A stretch of DNA of 54,763 nucleotides. It comes from Akkermansiaceae bacterium (lineage in GTDB: Bacteria; Verrucomicrobiota; Verrucomicrobiia; Verrucomicrobiales; Akkermansiaceae). Where the stretch lies: contig JBPOGF010000022.1 of NCBI GenBank assembly GCA_051251915.1, positions 1 to 54,763 of the forward strand. Reading direction: 5' to 3'. Under the pieces are notes generated by a model. That model was given only the letters and a program-made list of their open reading frames with translations. It made no database searches and had not been told where the DNA came from. Below, one piece after another: positions 46,243-54,763 of this stretch (positions are counted from its first letter, which is position 1; each line of letters begins with the position of its first letter). The position numbers and the translations under genes were made by a program.

Positions 46243-46791
46243 ATGGAGAAAAAGCAATCACATACGATAGAATTTATATCGCTTCTTACTCAGCATCAGA
46301 TGATGTTGCGTGGTTTCATTATTTCCTTATTGCCGGGGAGTGATGATGTGAATGATGTTGTACAGGAGACTAACATTGTACTTTGGAAGAAGAAGAAGAG
46401 CTTTAAGCAGGGGACAAGTTTTAAGGCCTGGGCGTTTGCTGTGGCTAGAAATAAAGTGAAACAGCACCTGACTCAGTTGTACAAAGATGGGAAACGTGAT
46501 CAGTTGGCGTATGCTTACGAGGAAGAATTTATAAATGCTGTTGCCGAGGCGCAAAATTTACTAGTGACTGATGACAGGGAGTTGCTAGCTTTGGAGCATT
46601 GTATGAAAACGTTATCTGACCAAGAACGGGATTTGGTTAGGGCGCGGTATAACTCTAGTATTGGGCTGGATCAATATGCTGCTAAGCTTGGCAAAAGTGG
46701 TGCTTATTTAAGGGTGAGTTTATCTCGTATTAGAGCAAAGCTTAAAAGTTGTATTGAAAAAAGAATGTTATGGGAGGGGATCTCGAAATGA
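46243..46791 (+). CDS. ECF sigma-70 factor
   Basis: DVVQETNIVLW, GTSFKAWAF, LSRIRAKLKSCIE. Confidence 0.9.
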   Translation: MEKKQSHTIEFISLLTQHQMMLRGFIISLLPGSDDVNDVVQETNIVLWKKKKSFKQGTSFKAWAFAVARNKVKQHLTQLYKDGKRDQLAYAYEEEFINAVAEAQNLLVTDDRELLALEHCMKTLSDQERDLVRARYNSSIGLDQYAAKLGKSGAYLRVSLSRIRAKLKSCIEKRMLWEGISK

Positions 46792-48152
46792 ATGTTTCTG
46801 AAATAGACGAGAGAATACATGGGCTACTGGATGGTGAGCTAGAGGCTGATGAGAAGCGGGCATTACAGGAGGAGCTGATGTCTGATCCAGTTCTGATGGA
46901 GAGGTATTTGGCTTATGCGAGGCTAGATAATATACTGCATTTGAAGAATGAGGCACCACATGTAAATTCTTTTCCTGTTAAGCATATTATGAGTATGCAG
47001 AAGAGAAGTGCTTTCAGGGTGGCACTGATGGGAGTGGCGGCGGTTCTTATGCTGACCGTTGTGTTTATGAAATTTTTCATGATCAATACAACCAAGCCGT
47101 TATTGGTCTTTAGGGTATCTGATCATTCGGAGTTTATCATGAGTTATTCAGCGGGAGAGAAGCAACCTGAAGGGGATGCGCTAGCTGTAGGATCTAAGAT
47201 GGAGTTGACTTCTGGTGTAGTTGAGTTGACGTTTGAGAATGGGGTTCAGTCAATCATCACGGCCCCTGCGGAGTTTACTCTGGAGGCTGAGAATCGTTTA
47301 CATTTGAATCATGGTATAGCTTGGTTTTCTGTATCTAAGGAAGGGAAGGGGTTTACAGTGGTGACTTCAGATTTAGAGGTGATTGACCTTGGGACGGAGT
47401 TTGGGGTGATTTCATCAGTTGATAAGATGGATGAGGTGCATGTGTTTAAGGGCTTAGTAGAGGTGAATCACTTGAAGCAGCTCAACGTGAGTGAGGAGCT
47501 AAGGGCTGAACATGGGGTGAGTACGACTGAAGGCGGTGAGTTAGTAGAGACTGTGGTGAATAGGCAAAGGTTCCTTTCTTCGTTGCCTGAAAAGAAGGCA
47601 CCGAAACTGGTTTTCTTAGAGCAGTTTGATGATGGATTAGCAGAGTGGGTTGTCGATGGTGCTGTGCATCATGAGGTGGGTGATTTTGGGGCGCAATGGG
47701 GTGATGGGGGAGGAGTTTCGTTCATTGATACGGTAGAGGATAGTGATCACTCAGGAGTGGTATTTGATGTCCATGGAAATGAAGTTAGGGCTACGGGGCA
47801 GGGGTATGTGTCAATTGGTTCACAGAGAGATCCAGGGAATAAGATTACTACTAGCATACAGGTATTTAAGGGCTTAAGCTATCATGTGTATTTCCGCTTT
47901 GGAGGGAGTCATTCTGTTGGCGTACATAACATCACGGGGACTTTTTCTATCGGTGATGATAGCGCTACAAGTGGGGCATTAGAAGCACCTGTGGAGTCGT
48001 GGGAGTCTGGTTCGTTTACATTTACACCAAAGGCATCAGGAATGGCGCAATTGACTTTCGATGATGCTAAAACGATTCAACATCGATCTTCTGATCTTCT
48101 TTTGGATAGTGTCGTGGTGACGGCTGTGCCAGTGGTGCTTGAAGGGGAGTAA
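46788..48152 (+). CDS. FecR-family anti-sigma protein
   Basis: ATGA overlap with the sigma gene; LLDGEL, one TM, VIDLGTEFGV, VHVFKGLVEV. Confidence 0.87.
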   Translation: MNVSEIDERIHGLLDGELEADEKRALQEELMSDPVLMERYLAYARLDNILHLKNEAPHVNSFPVKHIMSMQKRSAFRVALMGVAAVLMLTVVFMKFFMINTTKPLLVFRVSDHSEFIMSYSAGEKQPEGDALAVGSKMELTSGVVELTFENGVQSIITAPAEFTLEAENRLHLNHGIAWFSVSKEGKGFTVVTSDLEVIDLGTEFGVISSVDKMDEVHVFKGLVEVNHLKQLNVSEELRAEHGVSTTEGGELVETVVNRQRFLSSLPEKKAPKLVFLEQFDDGLAEWVVDGAVHHEVGDFGAQWGDGGGVSFIDTVEDSDHSGVVFDVHGNEVRATGQGYVSIGSQRDPGNKITTSIQVFKGLSYHVYFRFGGSHSVGVHNITGTFSIGDDSATSGALEAPVESWESGSFTFTPKASGMAQLTFDDAKTIQHRSSDLLLDSVVVTAVPVVLEGE

Positions 48153-48291
48153 GGAGAGCTATTTCTAGAATATACTATTGATGAAAGGCTGCTGTTTGAG
48201 GCGGTTCTTTTTCTGTGATGGGGTGAATTATTTGATTAGTGGTGGTGTTTGTTGTGCTTGTCATGTGTGGGGAGTGATTTAAGCTTGGGGT

Positions 48292-49755
48292 ATGGTTAAG
48301 TTGTTATTTAGGTGTGTTTTGATTGGGCTTAGTTTTGGGTTGGTGAGTGTTTGTGTGGCGGGGGAAAGGCCGAATATTATTTTGGTGATGGCGGATGATC
48401 AGGGGTATGGGGATGTGGGTTATAATGGGCATCCATTTTTGAAGACTCCTAATCTTGATGCGATGGCTGAGGCAGGGGTGGTGGTGAATAGGTTTTATGC
48501 GGCGGCGCCGGTTTGCTCGCCGACGCGGGCGAGTGTGATGACGGGGAGGCATCCGATGCGGGTGAATGTGCCGCATCATGGGCATTATATGCGGCCGAAT
48601 GAAAATACGCTGGCGGAGGGACTGAAGTCAGCAGGGTATGTGACGGGGCATTTTGGGAAGTGGCATATAGGTTCTGTGCAGCCGGAGAGCCCGACTTCAC
48701 CTGGGAAGGTGGGGTTTGATGAGTGGCTGAGTGGGTTGAATTTTTTTGATAATGATCCTTATTTGGTGAAGAATGGGGAGTATGTGAGGTTGGAGGGACA
48801 GGGGAGTGTGTTGACGATGGATGCGACGTTGGAGTTTCTGGAGCGGCATAAGGATGGGGGGAAGCCGATGTTTGCTGTGACTTGGTTTCCGGCGCCGCAT
48901 TTACCGCATTTGGAGGTGCCTGCGGGTTTAGTGGGGGATGAGGGGTTGTATAAGGAGGCCGGGGAGAATAGGGGGTATTATCTGGAGATTGCGTTGATTG
49001 ATGAGCAGGTGGGGAGGCTGAGGAAGGGGCTGAGGGAGATGGAGATTGAGCAGGATACGATTGTTTGGTACTGTAGTGATAATGGTGGTTTGGTGGAGGA
49101 ATTCTCTGGTGGGAGAGGGAGGAAGGGGAGTGTTTATGAAGGTGGTTTGCGGGTGCCTTGTGTTGTGGAGTGGCCGGGAAAACTTACCTCTAGGGTGTGT
49201 AATGTACCGATGACGACTTCTTGTATGTACCCTACGTTGATGAATTTGGCAGGAGCGAAGATTCCTGATGCTAGGCCGTTGGATGGGCGTGATCAGTTTC
49301 GGAATATTATGTCGAGAGTGAAGAGTCCGGGGGTGAGAAAATTCGGTTTTTGGCATCATCATACAGCTGGGCAGAATACGAGTAGTGATGCGATTATTAA
49401 GGGGTTGATGGAGGCTGAGGCGAAGGGGGATATGGGTGCTTATTCTGAGAGGCTGATGAAGAATGTGTTAGATTTTCCGCAGCGAAAGAGCTTGGTGATG
49501 AAGGGGCATGCGGCTTGGGTGGATTGGCCGTGGAAGTTGCATAGGATTCAGCGTGGTAAGGGTGGGGAGGATGATGTGGTGTTGGAGTTGTATCATTTAG
49601 TGAAGGATCCGATGGAGGAGGAGAATGTGTTGGAGAAGGAGTCTAGGAGGGTGGAGGTGATGTTGCAGGAGTTGAGGGTTTGGCAGGATTCTGTGCTGGG
49701 TAGCTGGGAGGGGAGGGATTATCCTGAGCTTCCGGCGTTGAAGCGGAGGAGGTAG
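48292..49755 (+). CDS. formylglycine-dependent sulfatase (S1 family)
   Basis: RPNIILVMADDQG, CSPTRAS, GKWHIG, SDNGG, YEGGLRVP. Confidence 0.93.
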   Translation: MVKLLFRCVLIGLSFGLVSVCVAGERPNIILVMADDQGYGDVGYNGHPFLKTPNLDAMAEAGVVVNRFYAAAPVCSPTRASVMTGRHPMRVNVPHHGHYMRPNENTLAEGLKSAGYVTGHFGKWHIGSVQPESPTSPGKVGFDEWLSGLNFFDNDPYLVKNGEYVRLEGQGSVLTMDATLEFLERHKDGGKPMFAVTWFPAPHLPHLEVPAGLVGDEGLYKEAGENRGYYLEIALIDEQVGRLRKGLREMEIEQDTIVWYCSDNGGLVEEFSGGRGRKGSVYEGGLRVPCVVEWPGKLTSRVCNVPMTTSCMYPTLMNLAGAKIPDARPLDGRDQFRNIMSRVKSPGVRKFGFWHHHTAGQNTSSDAIIKGLMEAEAKGDMGAYSERLMKNVLDFPQRKSLVMKGHAAWVDWPWKLHRIQRGKGGEDDVVLELYHLVKDPMEEENVLEKESRRVEVMLQELRVWQDSVLGSWEGRDYPELPALKRRR

Positions 49756-49760
49756 ATTTC

Positions 49761-51518
49761 CTAGTGAAAAAGGGAGTCTACGCCCATGGCGCTTTTGCGG
49801 AGGAACTTGGGGATGAGTTTTGATTTCTTTTTGCTGAAGAAGCGGTAGAGGATGCCGAGGAGGCGGAGGGTGACTACGTGGTCTGTCATGCGGTATTTGC
49901 TGTTGTTGCGGATGAAGAGTCGCTGGAGGATGGCGAGTTTTCGGTGGCTGACGGGGAAGCGGCGGTAGTCGATTTTGATTCTGAATCTGGGTCTTTCGGA
50001 GTTTGTTTTGTTGGGGGAGTTTGGGAATTGTTTTTTGTAGGCGTCTTTTGCTTCGTTGACCCGCTTTTTCATGGCGGGGGTGAATGGGGTGAAGTAGTAT
50101 TCGCGGGCTAGGGCGAATAGTTTGAAGGTTTGGTGCATGAAGTGGACGTCAGCGGTGTTCCATTTTAGTGAGTCTGCTAGGGATAGCATTTCTGGGAAGT
50201 GGAGGAGGGCTTGGTTGGCTTCTGCGATGGCTTTTTCTTTGTCTTTGACGAAGTGGGTGAGGGCTTTTTTGACGGGGTGGTAGAAGAATACGCAGTCCCA
50301 GTAGACGTGGATGAGGGGTGGGATGCGGACGCGGCGGAAGAACCATTCTTGTTCTGAGAATTCTTTGATGTAGAGGGCGTGGCTGACTACATGATCTGCT
50401 AGTTCGAGGAAGCGGATGGCGTTTTGTTGGTTTTCTTTGCCTACGATTTTGGTGATGGCGGATCTGGCGGTGATGCGGTCACGGAAGATTTTGACGATGA
50501 CTGAGCTGTTGAGTTCTACCCATGGGGAGCCTTTGCCGATGTAGCTGCGGCGGTTGAAGGCGTGCCAGCCGCCGGTCTGGACCCAGACGCTGAGTCCTAC
50601 GAGGTTGTTGGCTTGTTTGAGTTGGTCGGCGTATTTTTCGACGTCGAAGCCGATGAAGTTTGGGTATTCTCCGGCGCCTTCGTATTCTCGTCTGGCTTGG
50701 AATTCGATGACTTTTTTGACGGTGGTCTGGAAGAAGATTTGGGAGAGTGGGAGGTAGCGGAAGAAGTCACTTTCACCGTATTTCATGGAGAGGATGAAGT
50801 GGTCGCTGTGGATTTCTTTGAGGAATTGTTTGATTCTGCGTGGGTTCCAGATGAGGTCACCGATGGCGTGGGCGCCGACTGTCCAGGTGCGGCAGATGAT
50901 GACTTTGTTGTGCTTTTCGAACATTGGGAGCAGGCGCTGGATGAGCTGGTTTGCTTCCTTGGGGGTTTTGACGAAGAGTTCATTGCGGATCTGGCCTTTG
51001 ACGTCATTTCCGTCGCCTTCTCCTAGGCGGAGGATGATTCCGTCTACTTCTGGGAAGTCTGTGATGAACTGTTGTAGGAGGTCTGTGAAGTAGTCCTCGG
51101 TGGCGGTGCGGTTTCCATGGAGTCTGCGCTCGGTTTCTGGGCTCATGGGGACGACGTCTGTGGTCATGAGGACGCGCAGGCCGGCGGATTTGATGATGTG
51201 GATGAGCTGTTTTATTTCTGAGCGGAGACGGTGGATGCGGGCTAGGAGTGTGGGGTTGTGTTCGTCTAAGGGGGTGACGTGTGCGATGTCGTCTAGGGTG
51301 ATGGAGTTGTAGCCTTCGGCCTTTACCCGCTGGACGAAGTCAAGCATGTCTTCACGGACGTTGAGCCAGAAATCATTGGCTTTTGGTCCGGTTATGGGGA
51401 GGTCAGCTAGGGGGATTTTTGACCAATTTGTTTTGCGCTTCTGGTAGCCCTTAAAGAAGGGGCCGATTCCATCCACGATGATCCAATCAATATTATTAGG
51501 CACTTGGTGAGGGTTCAT
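49761..51518 (-). CDS. putative glycoside-hydrolase-like TIM-barrel protein
   Basis: GYNSITLDD, VDGIILRLGEGDG, ESDFFRY, EFQARREYEG; family uncertain. Confidence 0.5.
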   Translation of the reverse strand: MNPHQVPNNIDWIIVDGIGPFFKGYQKRKTNWSKIPLADLPITGPKANDFWLNVREDMLDFVQRVKAEGYNSITLDDIAHVTPLDEHNPTLLARIHRLRSEIKQLIHIIKSAGLRVLMTTDVVPMSPETERRLHGNRTATEDYFTDLLQQFITDFPEVDGIILRLGEGDGNDVKGQIRNELFVKTPKEANQLIQRLLPMFEKHNKVIICRTWTVGAHAIGDLIWNPRRIKQFLKEIHSDHFILSMKYGESDFFRYLPLSQIFFQTTVKKVIEFQARREYEGAGEYPNFIGFDVEKYADQLKQANNLVGLSVWVQTGGWHAFNRRSYIGKGSPWVELNSSVIVKIFRDRITARSAITKIVGKENQQNAIRFLELADHVVSHALYIKEFSEQEWFFRRVRIPPLIHVYWDCVFFYHPVKKALTHFVKDKEKAIAEANQALLHFPEMLSLADSLKWNTADVHFMHQTFKLFALAREYYFTPFTPAMKKRVNEAKDAYKKQFPNSPNKTNSERPRFRIKIDYRRFPVSHRKLAILQRLFIRNNSKYRMTDHVVTLRLLGILYRFFSKKKSKLIPKFLRKSAMGVDSLFH

Positions 51519-51591
51519 GGCTGGGGCTGAGGTGCGAGTAGTGAATTATGACGAAATTGAAACAATTGAGGACCTTTTTGCTCCAAAGATA

Positions 51592-51830
51592 TTAAGGCAA
51601 CCTCCGGCAACCCTCGTAACCGCCGTGGGATGGGATTTGTATGAGATATGTATGGGTTAGTGGCATTGCATGCGATTGAAAAGGAAAACCACCCTGCGGG
51701 CTGTGAAGCATTGCAGTGCCTGCCTTCGTTGCTCTTCAGTTACGGAAAATTTCCGCGCCTTCATCGCGCCTTGACATGCACTACAATGCTCCACAGCGTC
51801 GTCAACGCTGGTTGCCGGAGGTCGCCTTAA
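51592..51830. mobile_element. MITE-like element with 21-bp terminal IRs including TTAA
   Basis: TTAAGGCAACCTCCGGCAACC ... GGTTGCCGGAGGTCGCCTTAA (1 mismatch). Confidence 0.65.
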
Positions 51831-52376
51831 GAGCAACTCATCCCTTTTCGTAAAACAAATCAGACAAATGGTTCTATGAGTTATTAGACACAGGTGCATC
51901 TAGTTAGGGATTTTTTATCACGAATAACACGAAGTTTCACGAGGGTGGAGCACGATGAAGCTTTTTTTGACCGCGAAATATACGAAAATCACGAAACCAT
52001 TGCGATGAAGCCCTGTGAAATTTGGCTTTGAACCGCTGAAATCGCTGAATTACGCAGAACCAGCACGTTGGAACTATCTGGTTATCCCTAGCTTGATCGC
52101 CGTGAATTAAAACATCATATTTAATGTTGTAGGTAATTAATTTTTGCTGATATAGTGATATTATAAATCTTAATTAGTGTGAATATCAGTTGCCAAATAA
52201 AAGCAAACTATTCATTAATCCGAATAAAGTAAATATTGTTATAATGATTTAGGTTTGTGAGGCTCAATAAACTCAACGTTAGTGATCTATGAATATGAAA
52301 GTTCGTCAAAAATCAACTCCTTTTTGCCCTCTGAATATCAGCTAGGGCTATACTAATTATACTGATATGCAAAAAA

Positions 52377-52877
52377 ATGAAAATTGAAGGTCTAGAGTTC
52401 ACACAAGACCCAGAACATACTGGATGGCTAATCGGGAATGAATCCAGTCGTGACGACCATGAATTAGCCGAAAGATGCTTAAACTGGAATCAATGCAATC
52501 GTATCACTGAATTTTACGCAGTCTGCGGATCTTTCGGATACGAAAATGGATACACCATTTATTTGATTCCAAGAAGCATTAAGGCCGCTGAATTAATAAA
52601 GATCTTTTCTGTTGGAGACCACGCAAAATCATATTTACCTAAAGCCATTGACGAGTTTTATACGCAATCTGAAAAAATTGAAGACCTGTTTGGGATCACT
52701 CCATTTTTCGCCGATGTAGCTGGATTTAAATTCACGTTGAATTGCCCCATTGAGGATAAAGTAATCAATAAAATTGACGAGATCATCCAGGTAGGTGGCG
52801 AAGCAATGTGGGAATATGAAATAACTGTCGGCCCATATTTATCCAAGAATCGCTATCTTCACCTTTGGGTTGATTAG
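52377..52877 (+). CDS. cassette-borne hypothetical protein, possibly DUF4253-like
   Basis: C-terminal YLHLWVD resembles the DUF4253 LWWD end; followed by an attC-like site. Confidence 0.65.
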   Translation: MKIEGLEFTQDPEHTGWLIGNESSRDDHELAERCLNWNQCNRITEFYAVCGSFGYENGYTIYLIPRSIKAAELIKIFSVGDHAKSYLPKAIDEFYTQSEKIEDLFGITPFFADVAGFKFTLNCPIEDKVINKIDEIIQVGGEAMWEYEITVGPYLSKNRYLHLWVD

Positions 52878-52889
52878 ACTGAATAAAAA

Positions 52890-52955
52890 GCATACCAAGG
52901 CAGTGGTGGACAACTCCGTTCGTGCCTCACTCCGTGCCACACTTTGACGTTAGAT
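52890..52955 (+). mobile_element. attC-like site 1
   Basis: GCATACC-aagg-cagtggtg...gccacactttgac-GTTAGAT imperfect palindrome; R'' is non-canonical. Confidence 0.7.
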
Positions 52956-53380
52956 TTACACCCCACTAGGCTTATTATTCCGGCTTTAGCAGAATGGGGG
53001 TATCAAAATTAAAGCTGTATCGGAGAGAGAAAACGTGCTGCCCTCACAGGCTGCGATGCAGCAAAGAACGAGTTCTTTAGCTCGCTGAGCTGCCTGAGAG
53101 GGTAAGTTGAGAATGAAGCTCCGAGAAATCGATAATGATGAAACAGAGAGTCAGCACGGACGAAAGAAGCGCAATTAAAGGTCGCTCGCAGAAAGAACTC
53201 GCAAAAATCAATCTCACTGAAAAACGGATCGGTTTACATTCGTAGAACACGAATCCGTTTTTTTAACCGTGAGATTGATTAAGGGGTGACCAGAAAATTT
53301 CAAGTTACGAAGATCGCACTGAAAAAGAGATGAAAGCTTGAAAAGAGATTGAAGAAAAATCGGAGGGAGTAATTTTCTTA

Positions 53381-53512
53381 ATCTAACAGTTCGTCGCACG
53401 AGATCGCTGACAGGTCTTGATCTTTTCAAGATCGTGTGTAATTTGGAATAGTTCCAGTGTTTCCGAGCTGATTTGTAATTAATGTCAGCGACACGTGGAC
53501 TCTATGTTCGAC
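53381..53512 (+). mobile_element. attC-like site 2
   Basis: ATCTAAC ... GTTCGAC with arms cacg/cgtg and tcgctgaca/tgtcagcga. Confidence 0.8.
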
Positions 53513-53517
53513 TGAAA

Positions 53518-54000
53518 ATGAGATTCCATATACTAGTCTTCTTAGCATTCACGATTTGTGTATCGGATGCTGCGTCTGACGCACCCATCCAGAAAGAAAA
53601 CTCTCTGTTTAGTCTTCGTGGCGAGCAGTTCACTAGTAGTGCGGTTGTGCATGTTCTGGCGAAAGACCTAGAAGATGGTGTAGGTTTGGAAGAAGTAAAA
53701 AAGTATTTCGAGAAGCAGGTGTCTCAAATTGGTTCTGATTTAAGCCTTAAAAAGGCATGTAGGGAACTCAATTTCATTGCGCCACCAATTAAGGCACTTC
53801 AGAAGAAGATTCGGATAAAGCAGAGAGAAGGCACTGACTTAATTGAGATTTCCGTTGTTCTACCAGATAGGAGGCAGAGCCGTGATCTGGCACAGAAATT
53901 GGCTGAGCTCTATATTGAGGAGAGGGGAGAGAAGGGTGCGAAGCTTTTAGGGGCTGCAAAACTGGGGGTTCCTTTCAAACCGTTGAAAGAGCCAAATTAG
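53518..54000 (+). CDS. cassette-borne secreted hypothetical protein (Wzz/GumC periplasmic-like segment)
   Basis: ATG just after the R' box gives a signal peptide; GTDLIEISV...LAQKLAELY. Confidence 0.7.
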   Translation: MRFHILVFLAFTICVSDAASDAPIQKENSLFSLRGEQFTSSAVVHVLAKDLEDGVGLEEVKKYFEKQVSQIGSDLSLKKACRELNFIAPPIKALQKKIRIKQREGTDLIEISVVLPDRRQSRDLAQKLAELYIEERGEKGAKLLGAAKLGVPFKPLKEPN

Positions 54001-54028
54001 GCCTGTAATCCAACGAGGTCGAAACGGT

Positions 54029-54156
54029 GTCGAACAAAACGCAGCACCACAAATCCGACCGCGCTGAGACCTCGGAAGTTGACTGGAGGAGGGAACGTGA
54101 TAGAAGTAGTGAAAGCGCGCTGAGTCGGTCGGATTGGGTGTGCTGGAGCGTTCGCT
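54029..54156 (+). mobile_element. attC-like site 3
   Basis: GTCGAAC ... GTTCGCT with arms cagcac/gtgctg and aatccgaccg/cggtcggatt. Confidence 0.82.
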
Positions 54157-54205
54157 AAAGAATGATACCGTCTCAGCAAGAACACCTCAATAAACTAACT
54201 TCCAT

Positions 54206-54649
54206 ATGCGAAAAGGTTGCCTAACTCCTCTCATACTGATCCTAGCATTCATAGGTTATGGTTTTTTGGAGATCTGGATCGAATCTAACCGAGCTACTTA
54301 TTACGCTAAGGGTGAAGATTTCTCTATAGATGACTTACCCCCATCAGCTCATGATGTAAAATATGTTAGCACAGCTCCATTCAGCCCTCTGGGGCGTGCG
54401 TATGAGTTTAAATGCTCCGAGCAAGACTATAAGACTTGGGTTGATCAAACACTTAAAGACAATCCGAAACTGAGTAATGTAAGGCAAGAGAAAGACCGTA
54501 TTGTACCCTTTATCTCAAGAGAAGGCGAGTTCAAGCGTCAGATAATTACAGACATTCTTATTTCAGATTGGACTTTAGAAGATCAAGGTATTTACTTAGT
54601 GTATGACAAGAAGGCTTCAAGAGCTATTCGCTGGTCTCATTCAAGATAA
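54206..54649 (+). CDS. cassette-borne hypothetical protein with N-terminal membrane anchor
   Basis: 147-aa ORF between attC-like sites. Confidence 0.7.
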   Translation: MRKGCLTPLILILAFIGYGFLEIWIESNRATYYAKGEDFSIDDLPPSAHDVKYVSTAPFSPLGRAYEFKCSEQDYKTWVDQTLKDNPKLSNVRQEKDRIVPFISREGEFKRQIITDILISDWTLEDQGIYLVYDKKASRAIRWSHSR

Positions 54650-54686
54650 ACCAGTAGTCAACTAACCCAATGAAACAAACTAATAA

Positions 54687-54763
54687 AGCGAACAAGATAG
54701 AATGAGAAGGTAGTCGAGGTCGCTCCAGCGATCTGGTATTCTACCATCTTATGAAAACGTCAA
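54687..54763 (+). mobile_element. attC-like site 4 (reaches the window end)
   Basis: AGCGAAC R'' box; arms tgagaaggtag/ctaccatctta; possible R' variant GTCAA at the edge. Confidence 0.6.

Noticed and set aside
51648..51899. Short ORFs as transposase or integrase remnants
   Set aside because: They lie mostly inside the MITE-like element, with no convincing HUH, DDE or tyrosine-recombinase motif.
53214..53429. 71-aa minus-strand ORF as the cargo of cassette 2
   Set aside because: It has a non-ATG start inside the attC site, overlaps the hairpins, and shows no protein features.

Overview
Bacterial chromosome window. Gene content (9 PEP-CTERM proteins, sulfatases, ECF/FecR pairs, a PVC-type CxxCH heme protein, rpsA, hppA, tRNA-Gln) suggests a Verrucomicrobiota member; this is an inference. 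The most unusual region is 5105-16933. A 7TM-DISM kinase/LytTR pair is divergent from a promoter with three 21-bp-period boxes. That promoter precedes an AlkP-TPR-sulfotransferase fusion, a GNAT-like gene, a reverse-transcriptase relic with its catalytic core deleted in frame, and four related PEP-CTERM genes. Three of these genes form a ~1.07-1.1 kb tandem array, each preceded by a copy of the RT 3' end (96 bp identical in all three), with ~200-nt structured spacers between units. A second copy of the promoter closes the block. Other accessory features are a ~5.8 kb block bounded by a 132-bp duplication of a hydrolase 3' end, two MITE-like elements, and an integrase-less integron-type cassette array at the right end. 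The array has matching R'/R'' boxes and includes an ORF-less, highly structured cassette. All family assignments come from motif recognition by eye; no searches were run.
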